Assembly: GCA_963705255.1 (NCBI GenBank)
Contig: OY970061.1
Location: 32,001 to 96,000 of the forward strand
DNA from: an uncultured Methanoregulaceae archaeon
GTDB lineage: Archaea > Halobacteriota > Methanomicrobia > Methanomicrobiales > Methanospirillaceae
Direction of reading: 5' to 3'
Length of the DNA stretch: 64,000 nt
Shown here: positions 43,481-54,445 of the stretch, piece by piece
Layout: each line of letters opens with the position of its first letter
Numbering within the stretch: position 1 is the first letter of the stretch
The notes under the pieces: model-generated
Told to the model about the DNA's origin: nothing
Databases searched by the model: none
Seen by the model: only the letters and a program-made list of their open reading frames with translations
Translations under genes and position numbers: made by a program

Positions 43481-44623
43481 TCATGAAACCCTACGGGCAT
43501 AGGTCTCTGTCAGTCTCCTGACAATCGGACCCCAGAGGAAGAAGCGATCCACTTTGGTTCTGCCTCGTTTCCCAAAGGCTCCTGCGTTCCCTGGTTCGTC
43601 CACCATCATGCTGATGCCCCATGCGAGCGATTCAGGGTCGACATCCACTTTGACGCCATTTACAAATGCGTCAATGTTCTCAGATAGTCCGCCGACATTG
43701 GATGCGACAACACATTTTTCGGCACTCCATGCCTCCAGAAGCACAAGCCCGAAGGGTTCATTTCTGCTGGGGATGACGACGATATCAGCGGCGTTTAATA
43801 ACCTGACATACTCAGAATCAGCGATGTACCCGACAAAGGTGACCGGCAGGTCTTGAGCCCGTTCCTGCAGGAACTGCCGCATATCCCCTTCCCCTGCAAC
43901 CACAACGTTTACATGCCCCCGGTACTGGCAGACTTTCCGTATCGCTTCTATGAGCAGGTCCGGCCCTTTCTGGTAGACAATCCTGCCGATAAACAGGATG
44001 AGCGGTGCGTAGGGATGTATTCCATACGATTTCTTCACTTCTCCCGAATCCACCGCTGCCCGGAACTCGCCGGGAACCACGCCGTTTGGAATTACATCGC
44101 ATTTCTCATCAGGTACATTGTATAACCACATCACCTCTTTTTTCAGGGATGCAGAAACTGCGGTTACTCGTTTGGCAATCAGCCCGCCATACCACTCCTT
44201 GCCGGAGATCTCCCGATACTCCCACCAGTCGCCGGACTGGTTGCCATTCCTCCCGTATTCTGTTGAATGGAAGGTGAGGATCGTATTCCGGTCCTGAAGC
44301 CGGTGGAGAGCCTGAACCGGATGCCAGTCATGGAAATGGAGAACATCAAAGCGGTGGGGTGTATCATAGAGGTGAAACTGGTCCACCATCAAGGCGCTCA
44401 TGCTGTCGCAATATTCAATTATGTTTTTTCCGGAGGGCTGGCAATAGTGATAATTGACCCCTTTAATCGTCTGATCGGGAATATTTCCCCGCGTGAAGAA
44501 ATGCACTTCATGGTTTTGGTTTACCAGTGTTTCTGCGAGATGGGTCGCAGCCCTGGCAAGACCACCCACCCGTTCAGCATACATCGACTCCCAGCAGAAG
44601 AACGCTACGTTCAGTGACTCCAT
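43481..44623 (-). CDS. Glycosyltransferase family 4 (glycogen-synthase-like)
   Basis: WES...VGGL, HFHDWH, HSTEYGR, QKGPDLL, PSRNEPFGLV.LEA. Confidence 0.9.
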   Translation of the reverse strand: MESLNVAFFCWESMYAERVGGLARAATHLAETLVNQNHEVHFFTRGNIPDQTIKGVNYHYCQPSGKNIIEYCDSMSALMVDQFHLYDTPHRFDVLHFHDWHPVQALHRLQDRNTILTFHSTEYGRNGNQSGDWWEYREISGKEWYGGLIAKRVTAVSASLKKEVMWLYNVPDEKCDVIPNGVVPGEFRAAVDSGEVKKSYGIHPYAPLILFIGRIVYQKGPDLLIEAIRKVCQYRGHVNVVVAGEGDMRQFLQERAQDLPVTFVGYIADSEYVRLLNAADIVVIPSRNEPFGLVLLEAWSAEKCVVASNVGGLSENIDAFVNGVKVDVDPESLAWGISMMVDEPGNAGAFGKRGRTKVDRFFLWGPIVRRLTETYARRVS

Positions 44624-44638
44624 ACTAGTTCCCTCCGC

Positions 44639-44860
44639 TCATTGATCACACTGGGCAGTTCCTGCCGGTCAGTGCAGTTCCTGACGCTTCCGGCCAGTTT
44701 TTATTGTCCAGCGTATGTTCGATCCAGTGGCGATATCCTTTCGCTTCTGGTGGTACGAAACCGGGTCGGCCGGACTACATGGAGCAGGTCGCAGAACTGG
44801 TCGGCACTGTATGCCGCATAGCCCACGGATTATCCCAGTACGACGAGAGTTGATCCCTGA
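44639..44860 (-). pseudogene. Probable remnant of a GH57 alpha-amylase C-terminal (DUF5752-like) domain
   Basis: Frameshifted translation GYAAYSADQFCDLLHVV..YHQKRKD..HWIEHTLDN.KLAGSVRNCTDRQEL. Confidence 0.5.
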
Positions 44861-45001
44861 GGGAGATTAAATGTCTCTTCATGCCAATAAAAGACAGAAA
44901 AATTGACCGGGAAGATCCGGCTCCACGCCGTACTGTTCCCTTTCAGCGTTATCCGCCCTGTCTCCCCTGGCCCTTTCCTTTAATTCAAAAAAAGTAACTT
45001 C

Positions 45002-46468
45002 TCACTCTCCCTTCTCCTTCGCGTGCTTCTTCCAGACCTGCTCCCGGTATACGGGGCCGCTGTTGTACGTGCAGAAGGGGATCAGTTTGCCGTCGGGCGT
45101 CGCATAGTGGATGCAGCACCGCTGGACCCGCTCGATATCATAGTTATACTTGTCCATGAAGTGCATGATGCCGATGAAGAGCGCGTTCCAGTGGAACTCC
45201 CTGAGCGCGTCGAAGTTCTGGCCGATCAGGGTCTTGCCGATCATCTTCCAGAACTCCGTGGTATTGCCCTGCTCCCCCTTCTTTACGGAGTCGTGCATGC
45301 TCTTGACGCCTTCGAGAAGGGCCTTGTACTTGTTGATGGTCCCGCCCTTCCTGAGCGTCTCGGCCATGTGCTCGATCGACTCGAAGAAGCTGTCTACGTC
45401 CACCATCCGGTTGATCGGGACGATCCCGTGCTCCTGGACAAAGACGTAGGTGGCAGCACCGCAGTGCTGGTGGGCGGTGAACCGGACCTGCGGCCGCCCG
45501 GTGTAGGCCTCGACCAGGTCGGAGAACGGGAGGACGCAGGGGACCGGGTAGAAATCGTCCTTCCTGAGGACGCCGCCCATCTGCTCCTCGATATCCCCGA
45601 GGACATCGGGGATGGTGATCCGGCCTTTCTGGAGGTCGTCATCGCTCGCTGCGCCGGTAAAAGCGATCGGCTGGAAGTTCACACCGCGTACAACCGAGAT
45701 ATGGTCTACGGCAAACTTGATGATATCGCCGAGCTCGTTGTCGTTCCTCCCGCGGATCACTGTCGGCACGAGCACGATCCCGAGCCCCACCTTTTTGAGG
45801 TTCTCGATCGCTTTTTCATGGATCCTTAAGTAGGGGTTTGTCTGCAGGGTCACGCCGTCGAAATGGAGGTAGACCGTGTTGAGCCCTGCGTCCTTGAGCT
45901 GCTGAGCGAGAGCGGGGTCTTTTGCCAGCTTGACGCCGTTCGTCGCGATCTGCACCTGGGGGAACCCCATTGCTTTTGCTTTTCTGATGATCTCGGGGAG
46001 GTCGTCCCGCATGGTGGGCTCGCCACCTGAGAACTGGACGGCCGGGGCAGGGATGGGCTTCTCGTCCCTGAGCACCTGCATCATCCCGACGATCTCGTCA
46101 AAGCTTGGCTCGTAGATGAACCCGCAGGCCCGGGCGTTTGCAAAACAGAAGTCGCAGTCCAGGTTGCAGCGGTTGGTGAGATCGATATTTGCCAGCAGGG
46201 TCTGGGAGTGGTGGTTGTTGCAGATCCCGCAGGCGGTGGGACAACTTCCCGGCGGCGCCGTATTCTGGGGGTTTGCTATGCCGTTCCCCACGGCATCGTA
46301 TTCCTGGAAGCGGTGATACATCCGGGCATCCGACCAGTAGAGGTGCCTGAAGTTTCCATGCACCGGGCATGTCCTTTTCAGCCAGATCTTCCCCTCTTCT
46401 TCGACAATCTCCGCATCCAGTACGGAATTACATGTAGGGCAAAGACTTCGGGTTCTTTTTATCAGCAT
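45002..46468 (-). CDS. tes: Tetraether lipid synthase (GDGT/macrocyclic archaeol synthase), radical SAM
   Basis: N-terminal CPTC..CPVH, CPTACGICNNH, CNLDCDFC SAM motif, C-terminal HQHC..CC..FCTYN. Confidence 0.88.
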   Translation of the reverse strand: MLIKRTRSLCPTCNSVLDAEIVEEEGKIWLKRTCPVHGNFRHLYWSDARMYHRFQEYDAVGNGIANPQNTAPPGSCPTACGICNNHHSQTLLANIDLTNRCNLDCDFCFANARACGFIYEPSFDEIVGMMQVLRDEKPIPAPAVQFSGGEPTMRDDLPEIIRKAKAMGFPQVQIATNGVKLAKDPALAQQLKDAGLNTVYLHFDGVTLQTNPYLRIHEKAIENLKKVGLGIVLVPTVIRGRNDNELGDIIKFAVDHISVVRGVNFQPIAFTGAASDDDLQKGRITIPDVLGDIEEQMGGVLRKDDFYPVPCVLPFSDLVEAYTGRPQVRFTAHQHCGAATYVFVQEHGIVPINRMVDVDSFFESIEHMAETLRKGGTINKYKALLEGVKSMHDSVKKGEQGNTTEFWKMIGKTLIGQNFDALREFHWNALFIGIMHFMDKYNYDIERVQRCCIHYATPDGKLIPFCTYNSGPVYREQVWKKHAKEKGE

Positions 46469-46578
46469 TCATGTCCACCAGTTGCAGGTTGTTCATTGAT
46501 TCCCGTTTGAGTAACCTTAATGTTTCTGTCTGCTCTTTATTACAGGTATCGGAGTGCTACATTATTAGTTTTGAGTTC

Positions 46579-47112
46579 TTGATAATACCATTGTTTTCCG
46601 CCGTCTGGATCATGCTCCCCGCGTATCTCCCCAACCCGGTAGCAGCACTCCTGGGCGGGGGGACCCCGGTGGACCTTGGCAGGAATTATACCGACGGGCG
46701 GAGGATATTCGGGGACGGGAAGACATTCCGGGGGCTCGTGGCCGGCATCCTTGCCGGGATCGGTATCGGGCTCGTGCAGATCTGGGCCTGGAGTGCGTAC
46801 AACCTGGTTTTTCTCCCCGGCCAGACGCTCCTTTCGGTCGTCCTGCTCGCGGTCGGGGCACTCCTCGGCGACCTGGTGAAGAGCTTCTTCAAGCGGAGGT
46901 TTAAGAAAGAGCGGGGTTCGAAGTGGCCGGTGGCCGACCAGTACGACCTGGTTGCGGGGGCGTTCGTCCTCCTTCTCATTGCAGACCCGGGGTGGCTCTT
47001 CTCACGGGTCACAGTCCCGGCGTTCATCTTCATCCTCATCCTGACGCCCATCCTGCACCGGGCCGTCAACATCATCGGTTATCGGGTCAATGTCAAGGAG
47101 GTACCATGGTAG
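46579..47112 (+). CDS. carS: CDP-archaeol synthase
   Basis: PAYLPN..GGGTPVD.G....GRRIFGDGKT, GDLVKSFFKRR, DQYD. Start 46579 (TTG) or 46612 (ATG). Confidence 0.92.
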   Translation: MIIPLFSAVWIMLPAYLPNPVAALLGGGTPVDLGRNYTDGRRIFGDGKTFRGLVAGILAGIGIGLVQIWAWSAYNLVFLPGQTLLSVVLLAVGALLGDLVKSFFKRRFKKERGSKWPVADQYDLVAGAFVLLLIADPGWLFSRVTVPAFIFILILTPILHRAVNIIGYRVNVKEVPW

Positions 47113-47621
47113 ATACGAGGCTTGCAGACATGCTCAAAAAGTACCGGGCAATCGAGTTCGGGGACTTCACCCTTGCATCCGGGGCAAAAAGCACGTTCTA
47201 TATCGACGTGAAATCGGCAGTCACCAACCCGGACCTGCTCTCAGCCATTGCGCACGAGATCGCCCGCTCCCACACATTCGATGTCGTGGCCGGTGTTGCG
47301 GTCGGCGGGATCCCCCTCGCCGTGGCAACGTCTATGGTCGCACAAAAACCCTACGCAATCATACGGGCCGCGGAAAAGAGTCATGGGAAAAAGGAGGTCA
47401 TCATCGGCACGGTGAAAGACCGGGACGTGCTGCTCGTGGAGGACGTGACCACGTCCGGGGGATCGGCCCTGTACGGCATCAACGCCCTCCGTGCAGCAGG
47501 TGCACGGGCAGACCGGGTTGTCACGGTCGTGGATCGGGAGCAGGGTGCCGCACTCCTGCTGGAAGGGCAGGGGGTCCGTATCCTCCCCCTTGTCCGGGTG
47601 GGCGAACTGCTCCCCGGGTAA
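47106..47621 (+). CDS. pyrE: Orotate phosphoribosyltransferase
   Basis: GDFTLASGAKS, VEDVTTSGGS PRPP motif. Confidence 0.94.
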   Translation: MVDTRLADMLKKYRAIEFGDFTLASGAKSTFYIDVKSAVTNPDLLSAIAHEIARSHTFDVVAGVAVGGIPLAVATSMVAQKPYAIIRAAEKSHGKKEVIIGTVKDRDVLLVEDVTTSGGSALYGINALRAAGARADRVVTVVDREQGAALLLEGQGVRILPLVRVGELLPG

Positions 47622-47668
47622 GGAACCAAGAGCAAGGAATTTTTATTCCCAGCGTACACTAGGATGGT

Positions 47669-48955
47669 ATGAAGATTCTCGTTGTTGGCGGGGGCGGGAG
47701 GGAACACGCCATAGCCGTTGCTCTTGCCCGCAACACGAAGACCGAAATCTTTTCCGTAATGGCGAACCGCAATCCCGGGATTGACGCCATTGCAAAAAAA
47801 GTGCTACTCTGCCGGGAGACCGAGACGTCCCGTATCGTCGCCTTTGCAAAGGAGACCGGTGCCGACTATGCGTTCATCGGGCCCGAGGCGCCCCTCGAGG
47901 CGGGGGTTGTCGATTCGCTTGAGGGAGCGGGTATCCCCTCTGTCGGGCCGACACGGGCTGCGGCCCGGCTCGAGACGGACAAGGGGTTCTGCCGGGATCT
48001 GATGGCGCAGGAGGCCATTCCCGGCTGTCCGAGATACCGGACGTTCGATTCGGCAGACGAGGCGGCCGGGTTCATCGAGAATCATGACGGCGACCTCGTG
48101 GTAAAACCCGTCGGACTCACCGGCGGAAAAGGGGTCCGCATCATGGGGGAGCAGGTGGACCGTGCGGAGGCGATCGCGTATGTCAGGTCCCTCGACGGGA
48201 AGGCCGTGATCGAGGAGCGCCTCCTGGGCGAGGAGTTCACCCTGCAGGCCTTCGTCGACGGCACGCACCTGGTACCCATGCCCCTCGTGCAGGACCACAA
48301 GCGGGCGTTTGAGGGGGATGTCGGGCCCAACACCGGGGGGATGGGGTCGTATTCCCTGCCGGACCACATGCTGCCCTTCGTGACTCAGGCCGACTACAAA
48401 AAAGCCATCGGGATCATGAAGTCCGCCGTCGCGGCCATGGAACGGAAAGGGCAGTCCTACAAGGGCGTCCTCTACGGCCAGTTCATGAACACGGCGCAGG
48501 GCCCCAAGGTTATCGAGTTCAACGCACGGTTCGGCGACCCGGAGGCTATGAACGTCCTCTCCCTGCTCACCTCGGACCTTTCAGAGATCGTGTACCGGAT
48601 CACCGAGGGGACCCTCTCGCCATCCCATGCGGAATTTGCTCCCCAGGCCACGGTGTGCAAGTACCTCGTGCCGGAAGGATATCCCGACTCGCCCCATGCC
48701 GGTGATCCGATAACCATGGGGGAACATCCCGATGCCCTCCTCTATTACGCCAATGTGGAAAAAGCGGGAAGCCGCCTCGTCACCCGGACTTCACGGACGC
48801 TTGCGTTCGTCGGGATCGGGGATACTCTCGAAGAAGCCGAGCGGGGGGCCGAATCGGCGGCTTCGGCCGTTAGCGGGCGGGTGCGGCACCGCCGGGACAT
48901 CGGGACCCGGGAATTGCTCGAGCGGCGGACGGCGCACATGAAGGAGCTTCGATGA
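47669..48955 (+). CDS. purD: Phosphoribosylamine-glycine ligase
   Basis: [40 protein letters not shown]. Confidence 0.96.
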   Translation: MKILVVGGGGREHAIAVALARNTKTEIFSVMANRNPGIDAIAKKVLLCRETETSRIVAFAKETGADYAFIGPEAPLEAGVVDSLEGAGIPSVGPTRAAARLETDKGFCRDLMAQEAIPGCPRYRTFDSADEAAGFIENHDGDLVVKPVGLTGGKGVRIMGEQVDRAEAIAYVRSLDGKAVIEERLLGEEFTLQAFVDGTHLVPMPLVQDHKRAFEGDVGPNTGGMGSYSLPDHMLPFVTQADYKKAIGIMKSAVAAMERKGQSYKGVLYGQFMNTAQGPKVIEFNARFGDPEAMNVLSLLTSDLSEIVYRITEGTLSPSHAEFAPQATVCKYLVPEGYPDSPHAGDPITMGEHPDALLYYANVEKAGSRLVTRTSRTLAFVGIGDTLEEAERGAESAASAVSGRVRHRRDIGTRELLERRTAHMKELR

Positions 48956-49863
48956 AGAAGGACTTTATCTCCATCCTCGATGTCAACGAGCAGGAGCTCG
49001 GGCAGCTCCTCTCGGAAGCACACGAGCTCAAGCGCCAGAAGATGGCAGGCACCACCCACCTCCTGCTCTGCGGCAAGACCCTCGCCATGATCTTCGAGAA
49101 GTCTTCCACCCGGACACACATCTCGTTCGAGGTAGGGATGAACGAGCTGGGCGGCCACGCCCTCTTCCTGAACGCCCGCGACATGCAGATCCGCAGGGGC
49201 GAGGAGATCCGTGACACCGCACGGGCGGCGTCGCGGTACGTCTCGGGCATGATGATCCGGGCGTACAGTCACAGCACCATCGAGGAATATGCAAAGCATG
49301 CAACGATCCCGGTCATCAACGGGCTCTCCGACATGGAACACCCCTGCCAGCTCCTCGCCGACATCATGACCATGCAGGAGCATTTCGGCTCCACGCAGGA
49401 CCTGAAAGTCGCCTGGGTCGGGGATGGGAACAATGTCTGCAATTCCCTCATCCTATCGACGGTGCTCACTGGTCTTGATGTCACGGTTGCGACACCGGAA
49501 GGCTTTGAGCCTGCCGGGGAGTTCGTAGCGAAGGCCCGTTCGCTCGGCGGGAGGGTGACCCTCGTCCGCGAGCCGGAAGCTGCCGTGAAGGACGCGGAGG
49601 TCATCGTCACGGATACGTGGATCTCCATGGGCGACGAGGAAGAGAAGGAAGAGCGGATGAAGATATTCAGAGATTATACCGTTGACACGCCGCTCATGAA
49701 GCGCGCCTCACCCGATGCCCGGGTCCTCCACTGCCTGCCCGCCCACCGGGGCGAGGAGATCACCGATGAGGTGATGGAAGGCGGGCAGAGCCTGGTCTGG
49801 GACGAAGCCGAGAACCGCCTCCACGCCCAGAAGGCTCTGCTGGTCAGATTGCTCAAGAAATAA
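48952..49863 (+). CDS. argF: Ornithine carbamoyltransferase
   Basis: [31 protein letters not shown]. Confidence 0.96.
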   Translation: MKKDFISILDVNEQELGQLLSEAHELKRQKMAGTTHLLLCGKTLAMIFEKSSTRTHISFEVGMNELGGHALFLNARDMQIRRGEEIRDTARAASRYVSGMMIRAYSHSTIEEYAKHATIPVINGLSDMEHPCQLLADIMTMQEHFGSTQDLKVAWVGDGNNVCNSLILSTVLTGLDVTVATPEGFEPAGEFVAKARSLGGRVTLVREPEAAVKDAEVIVTDTWISMGDEEEKEERMKIFRDYTVDTPLMKRASPDARVLHCLPAHRGEEITDEVMEGGQSLVWDEAENRLHAQKALLVRLLKK

Positions 49864-49974
49864 GGCGTGCGGACGGAGACCAGCGTCTCGTTTTCAGTGA
49901 TTGCTGGTTGCCTGACATAAAGGAAATTAGGAGGGAGAACTGGAAAAGATATCATGCCCAAAAATATAATGCAG

Positions 49975-52173
49975 TTAGATCGAGAGTATTTTTGGGAAGT
50001 AGTTGAACGATACCAAGTGCTTTCCCGGTTCCAGATATACGGCCCGGAACACGCCGTGATAGCGTAAAATTTCTGATAGGTTGGAATTATCTCGTGCCGT
50101 CCATCCGGGATAATATATCTCGCTGAGTATGAGATATTCCGGATTCAATGTCGTGACATTTACCGCAATTGAATTGGGCGAATTGTGATCGATCTGCGCT
50201 GGCTGCACCAAAAGGGGGGTATCATTGCCAAACTCTGATACGGGTATAAGATACACCCGGGGATAGGTGACGTTGAGCCGGTACACAAGGATCGAGTCAT
50301 TATCATAAACGCATTGAAGTCCCGGGATACCAAGGTCAGTGTCATAGTGTCTGTTCGTGACGATATAACGGACATTCAGGAATCGCAAAATGCCAAAATT
50401 TTTAATCAGCGCACCCTGGTTCCACGATTCCGGTCCGGCATCAGGAAGATCCGGTTGCGATTGGATGAAAAATGTCCGGTAATCTTTCAGCCAGGTCGGG
50501 GCGTAACCATTGATCAGGAAAAGGTTGTTCCTGTAGGCAATATCCTGATTCAGGAGACCCGTTTCATCGTAAATCCGGAAATAGGGATCCGTCTCATTTT
50601 TGATCACGGATATAAAATCCGGGTTTTTGAACACTTCAGAAGGAGGTTTTGTATCGATGAATCGCGTGCCAAATGAAAAGAGATCCAGAATCAGAATAGA
50701 GATCAGCACGATTTTTAGGATATTTATCTGCGATTTGACAGGTATATCGTTTTTCAGTGCTGCAGGGGCGATGCAGAATACCGCAACAAATGCAATCCAT
50801 CCCAAAAAGGCAGGTATGAGATAAATGGTACCTAATGAACGAGTCAATACCGAAACTAAAAGTATAAGCCCAGATGCTGCCGCAACGCACACACAGACTG
50901 AGTAATAAATACAATTGCTGAAAAAGGATCCAAACGTTTGTTTCACGGAGATACGTCTGTCAAAAATAGCATCAATTCCAAATCCTGCAATAACTGCCAG
51001 TGAAAATGCGAAAACAAATAACATACGTGCCGGGACCCGGAACATGGAGAAACCGGGAATTAAATCATAAAATATCCGGTATAACGGGAAATATGCCCCA
51101 AATGAAAATATCAGGGAAAAAAGCGCAAGGAAAGAGAATAAAAATACGTATCGTGTCCGATGAAAAACAAGCGCCAATGCTACCAATAGTAACGGAAGAA
51201 TTCCAAGATAGCAGCCGAATTCCCAATAACTCACCGGGGGACTTACGAAATTATGGGTTAAAGGTCCCAGTGGATTACCAAAAGCATCCGGAACAATTAG
51301 GGTTTCCAGAGCAGAGATCGGCAACGACAGCGCAGTTGAGAACTGATAATCCACACCAACATCCCGGTTTGAAAATTGTGAATATTCCCACGATGGCAGA
51401 ACCTGGATTGCGGACACAGCCGTACAGAGAAGAACGGATAAAACCACAACAATCGCAAGATGCTTTATTTTGTCTTTAAAGGTAGGTATAGTAGTGAAAA
51501 AAAAGGTACGGGCGATGAGGTACACAAAACAAACAAACATAGCGTACAATGCGATCTGGACCATGCCGCTAAGAACCATCAACGCCATTGCAATCCCGGC
51601 TCCCAGCCCGTTGAGGATGCGGTTGTGCGTGAAGGACCGTTCATAAAACAATAAGATCAGCGGGAACCATACAAGCGCATCCAGAATAGAAAGATGTCCG
51701 GCGTAGACCCGCAATACGATCGTTGCGCTGAACATGAATGCTATCGCCGAAAAGAGAGCGGCATATTTACTCATAGCGAGAGTGCGGGCAAACAAAAACG
51801 TAAATGCGCCAATCAGAAAAACATCAACAACAAACCACCAGCCAAAAAGGAAATCGGAATTGAAGATGAGGGATGCCCAGACAAAAGGATAGAACATTTG
51901 GGATTGGGGATCACCAATAAACGGCGTACCGGAAAATACAAAGGGATTCCAGAAGGGAATGCCCGTACCGTTCCGGACACTGGTAGCAAAAAAAGATCTC
52001 CAGAAAGAACCCAGTGCAGTTACATCATTGCCAACCACATTCCCCGGGGGGTAGATCATCTGGTCATAGTGGATAAAAACTGGTAAAAAGAAAACGCACG
52101 TTAAAATAAATAAAAAAAAGAGTTCTTTATTCCGGAGCAGTATCTGGACAATCCGGTTGACGGTGGAATTCAT
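49975..52173 (-). CDS. YfhO-family polytopic membrane protein (GT-C-like)
   Basis: PFWNP..SGTPF.GDPQ..FYP, FRVPAR, many TMs, C-terminal SEIYYPGW.A..FRAV.L.PGKH. Confidence 0.85.
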   Translation of the reverse strand: MNSTVNRIVQILLRNKELFFLFILTCVFFLPVFIHYDQMIYPPGNVVGNDVTALGSFWRSFFATSVRNGTGIPFWNPFVFSGTPFIGDPQSQMFYPFVWASLIFNSDFLFGWWFVVDVFLIGAFTFLFARTLAMSKYAALFSAIAFMFSATIVLRVYAGHLSILDALVWFPLILLFYERSFTHNRILNGLGAGIAMALMVLSGMVQIALYAMFVCFVYLIARTFFFTTIPTFKDKIKHLAIVVVLSVLLCTAVSAIQVLPSWEYSQFSNRDVGVDYQFSTALSLPISALETLIVPDAFGNPLGPLTHNFVSPPVSYWEFGCYLGILPLLLVALALVFHRTRYVFLFSFLALFSLIFSFGAYFPLYRIFYDLIPGFSMFRVPARMLFVFAFSLAVIAGFGIDAIFDRRISVKQTFGSFFSNCIYYSVCVCVAAASGLILLVSVLTRSLGTIYLIPAFLGWIAFVAVFCIAPAALKNDIPVKSQINILKIVLISILILDLFSFGTRFIDTKPPSEVFKNPDFISVIKNETDPYFRIYDETGLLNQDIAYRNNLFLINGYAPTWLKDYRTFFIQSQPDLPDAGPESWNQGALIKNFGILRFLNVRYIVTNRHYDTDLGIPGLQCVYDNDSILVYRLNVTYPRVYLIPVSEFGNDTPLLVQPAQIDHNSPNSIAVNVTTLNPEYLILSEIYYPGWTARDNSNLSEILRYHGVFRAVYLEPGKHLVSFNYFPKILSI

Positions 52174-52610
52174 TACATTCGCCTGAATCTGCGGTATTTG
52201 CAACAGTTTGTTTTAACCGGGTAAATTGGTATTATGTATTATGTCAGTTTCATGGTAATGATATACCTTCCAACCGGGAAGATGAAACCGGGATAAACCG
52301 GACATGGTTACAAAGGGTTTAAAAAATACCTGATATAATGAAGAGACGTATCCGGGACGCAAGGGAATTGTCCCATGTTAACTATCCTCCGGCAAAGAAA
52401 ATTACATCAGAGTAGTCAGAATATCTCATCCTGAACCGGTCCGGAACGGAAACGAGGTTTAAGGATGTCCTGGGGATCTTTTTCAGCACGGTTGAAGTGG
52501 ATGAAATATATCCGGAGGGCAACGAAAAACAACCGGTGTTTGGGTCATTTATATCCATCAACGAACATGATGGAAAAATATACCCTTCTATGAACACAGG
52601 GCAAAAAATC

Positions 52611-52850
52611 TTACTTCTCTTCCACGAAGGTTTTCAGCCGGTCGATCAGGTATTTTTCGACCTGCTCCATCACATCCCGTTTTCCCCGGAACGCCAGCAG
52701 TTCCCGCTCGTCGCCTTCCATGTTGGCAAACTTGATCTTTTCCTTGCGATCGACGACCTTGACATCGAACTTCTTGGTCACGTCAATGATCATCTTCTGG
52801 GGCACCCCGGGAGGGATAACGATATCAAAGAGCTGTTCTTCCTCTGCCAT
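52611..52850 (-). CDS. Small hypothetical protein downstream of marker 14
   Basis: 79-aa ORF (FDIVIPPGVP..LLAFRG) with a GGTG RBS. Confidence 0.75.
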   Translation of the reverse strand: MAEEEQLFDIVIPPGVPQKMIIDVTKKFDVKVVDRKEKIKFANMEGDERELLAFRGKRDVMEQVEKYLIDRLKTFVEEK

Positions 52851-52865
52851 CTTCTTACACCTGAC

Positions 52866-54363
52866 TCATTTACCTATCTTGATCCGCCGGCTCATAATAC
52901 ATGGGCCCCCGCGTACGCCCCCAATCGGGTTTTTGGGCTTCCCGAGCGAGTTCATGCACCGTCCCATGAGCGCCGCGCCCCGGGCAAGCCCGTCGTCTAC
53001 GAAAACTATGTGGTCGACAGGGTCGTCAAAGAGCTTGCGCCCGGTGATCCCCTCGAGGATATAGTCGGGCTTCCGGCCCGAGATCGCTGCCCTGCCGGTA
53101 AACCCGATCGAAGAGTTCCTCAGCACGATATGCTGTTCGACCGCTACATCAATTAACCGGAGTGCCATCTTCGCACAGACACGGTCAACCACTTCATTAA
53201 GGGTCGCAAGGTTGTATCTTTTATGGATCTCCGACCCGATTGCGACAAGTTTGTCAAGTTCGCTGCTGTTCACCCCGCAGTCACACCCGATCATTGCGAT
53301 CCCTGATTCCTTGGCAATCCGTGCATTGACCGGCACCCGGCCGAACCGGTCACGCTCCGGGGTACAATGCAGATATCGATATGCTTATGGCAGCGTTCCA
53401 CGTACTCGTCCACGACGTTCCGGTTGCCGCCGCGGAAGAGCCCGCCGCTCACGGAATGTTCGCCGAAGATATCGAGTGCTGTCCCCGTCCGCCCGTCCAC
53501 GAGCCCGGTTCCCCGGACAATTGCGTCAGGTATCGCACCTGCAAGCCCGCAGAAATTCCCGACGGTCTTTGCGAACGGGTTGGGAGCGTCAGGAGGCACA
53601 TCGCTCGTGATCCGGCCGTCCAGCGTCGTGCCAAAATCGATCGTGACGCAGGGGTTGCGGAAATCGACCGGTGTCCATTTCGCCCCTTCCTTGATCCCTG
53701 CCATCGCGAGCTCGCCCTCCATCTCGTTTGCCACCATCTCGACGCCCGTGGAGCCGAGGGGGGGATCACTCCCGCCACGGCGCCGATAAAGACCACCTTG
53801 TCGGCAAAGCTGAACGGCTGGAGTTTCTGCGACTGGTTCTCCTTCGACATCGGGGGCGTCATTTTACGGGGGGGCACACCGGCAATGAGGCACCCGTTGG
53901 CAAGGGCGATCACAAAGTCACCCACCTGGTCCGGGGACTCCATCTCGGCAACGACGCCGGTGCTCCGGACAACAAAGTCAAGTTCCTTTACGACGTCAAG
54001 GTGCGCCTCTTTGTGGCACTGGAGCAACGTATCCCTGACGAGATCGGTTACCGCCTCCCGCGTCAGCTCGGTCCCGTCGAGTGTTGCGCCGAAGATCGTC
54101 TCGCCGGGTTTCGGGGGGCGGATGTCCCGGCTCATGCTCACCGTCTTGTTGATGACATAGGACATACCGGTTTCGAGATTTACCCCGGTGAGGATACACT
54201 TCGTCGTGGTGTTTCCCATCTCCACTGAAGCCACAATAAAATAGGGTTTGTTCTTGTATTCGGGGATCTGCATCCCGGCGCCATGGATGATGGAAGGCGG
54301 AGGAGGGCTTTCAACGATATGCGGTTTGGGTTTTATGAAGCGGGAAAAAAAATTGGCGCACAT
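52866..54363 (-). CDS. Methanogenesis marker protein 14 (frameshifts ~53760 and ~53360)
   Basis: ASVEMGNTTTKC, VVRSTGVVA, NEMEGEL, DFGTTLDGR, CGLAGA, GCDCG.N, DDGLARGAA spread over three ORFs. Confidence 0.88.
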
Positions 54364-54445
54364 ATACTCCGATTCTTCGTTTTTGTCTCCTTATAATTTT
54401 CTATTTGTCCGGAGATGGCACGGGGTGTGAAAACCTTCATCTGAT

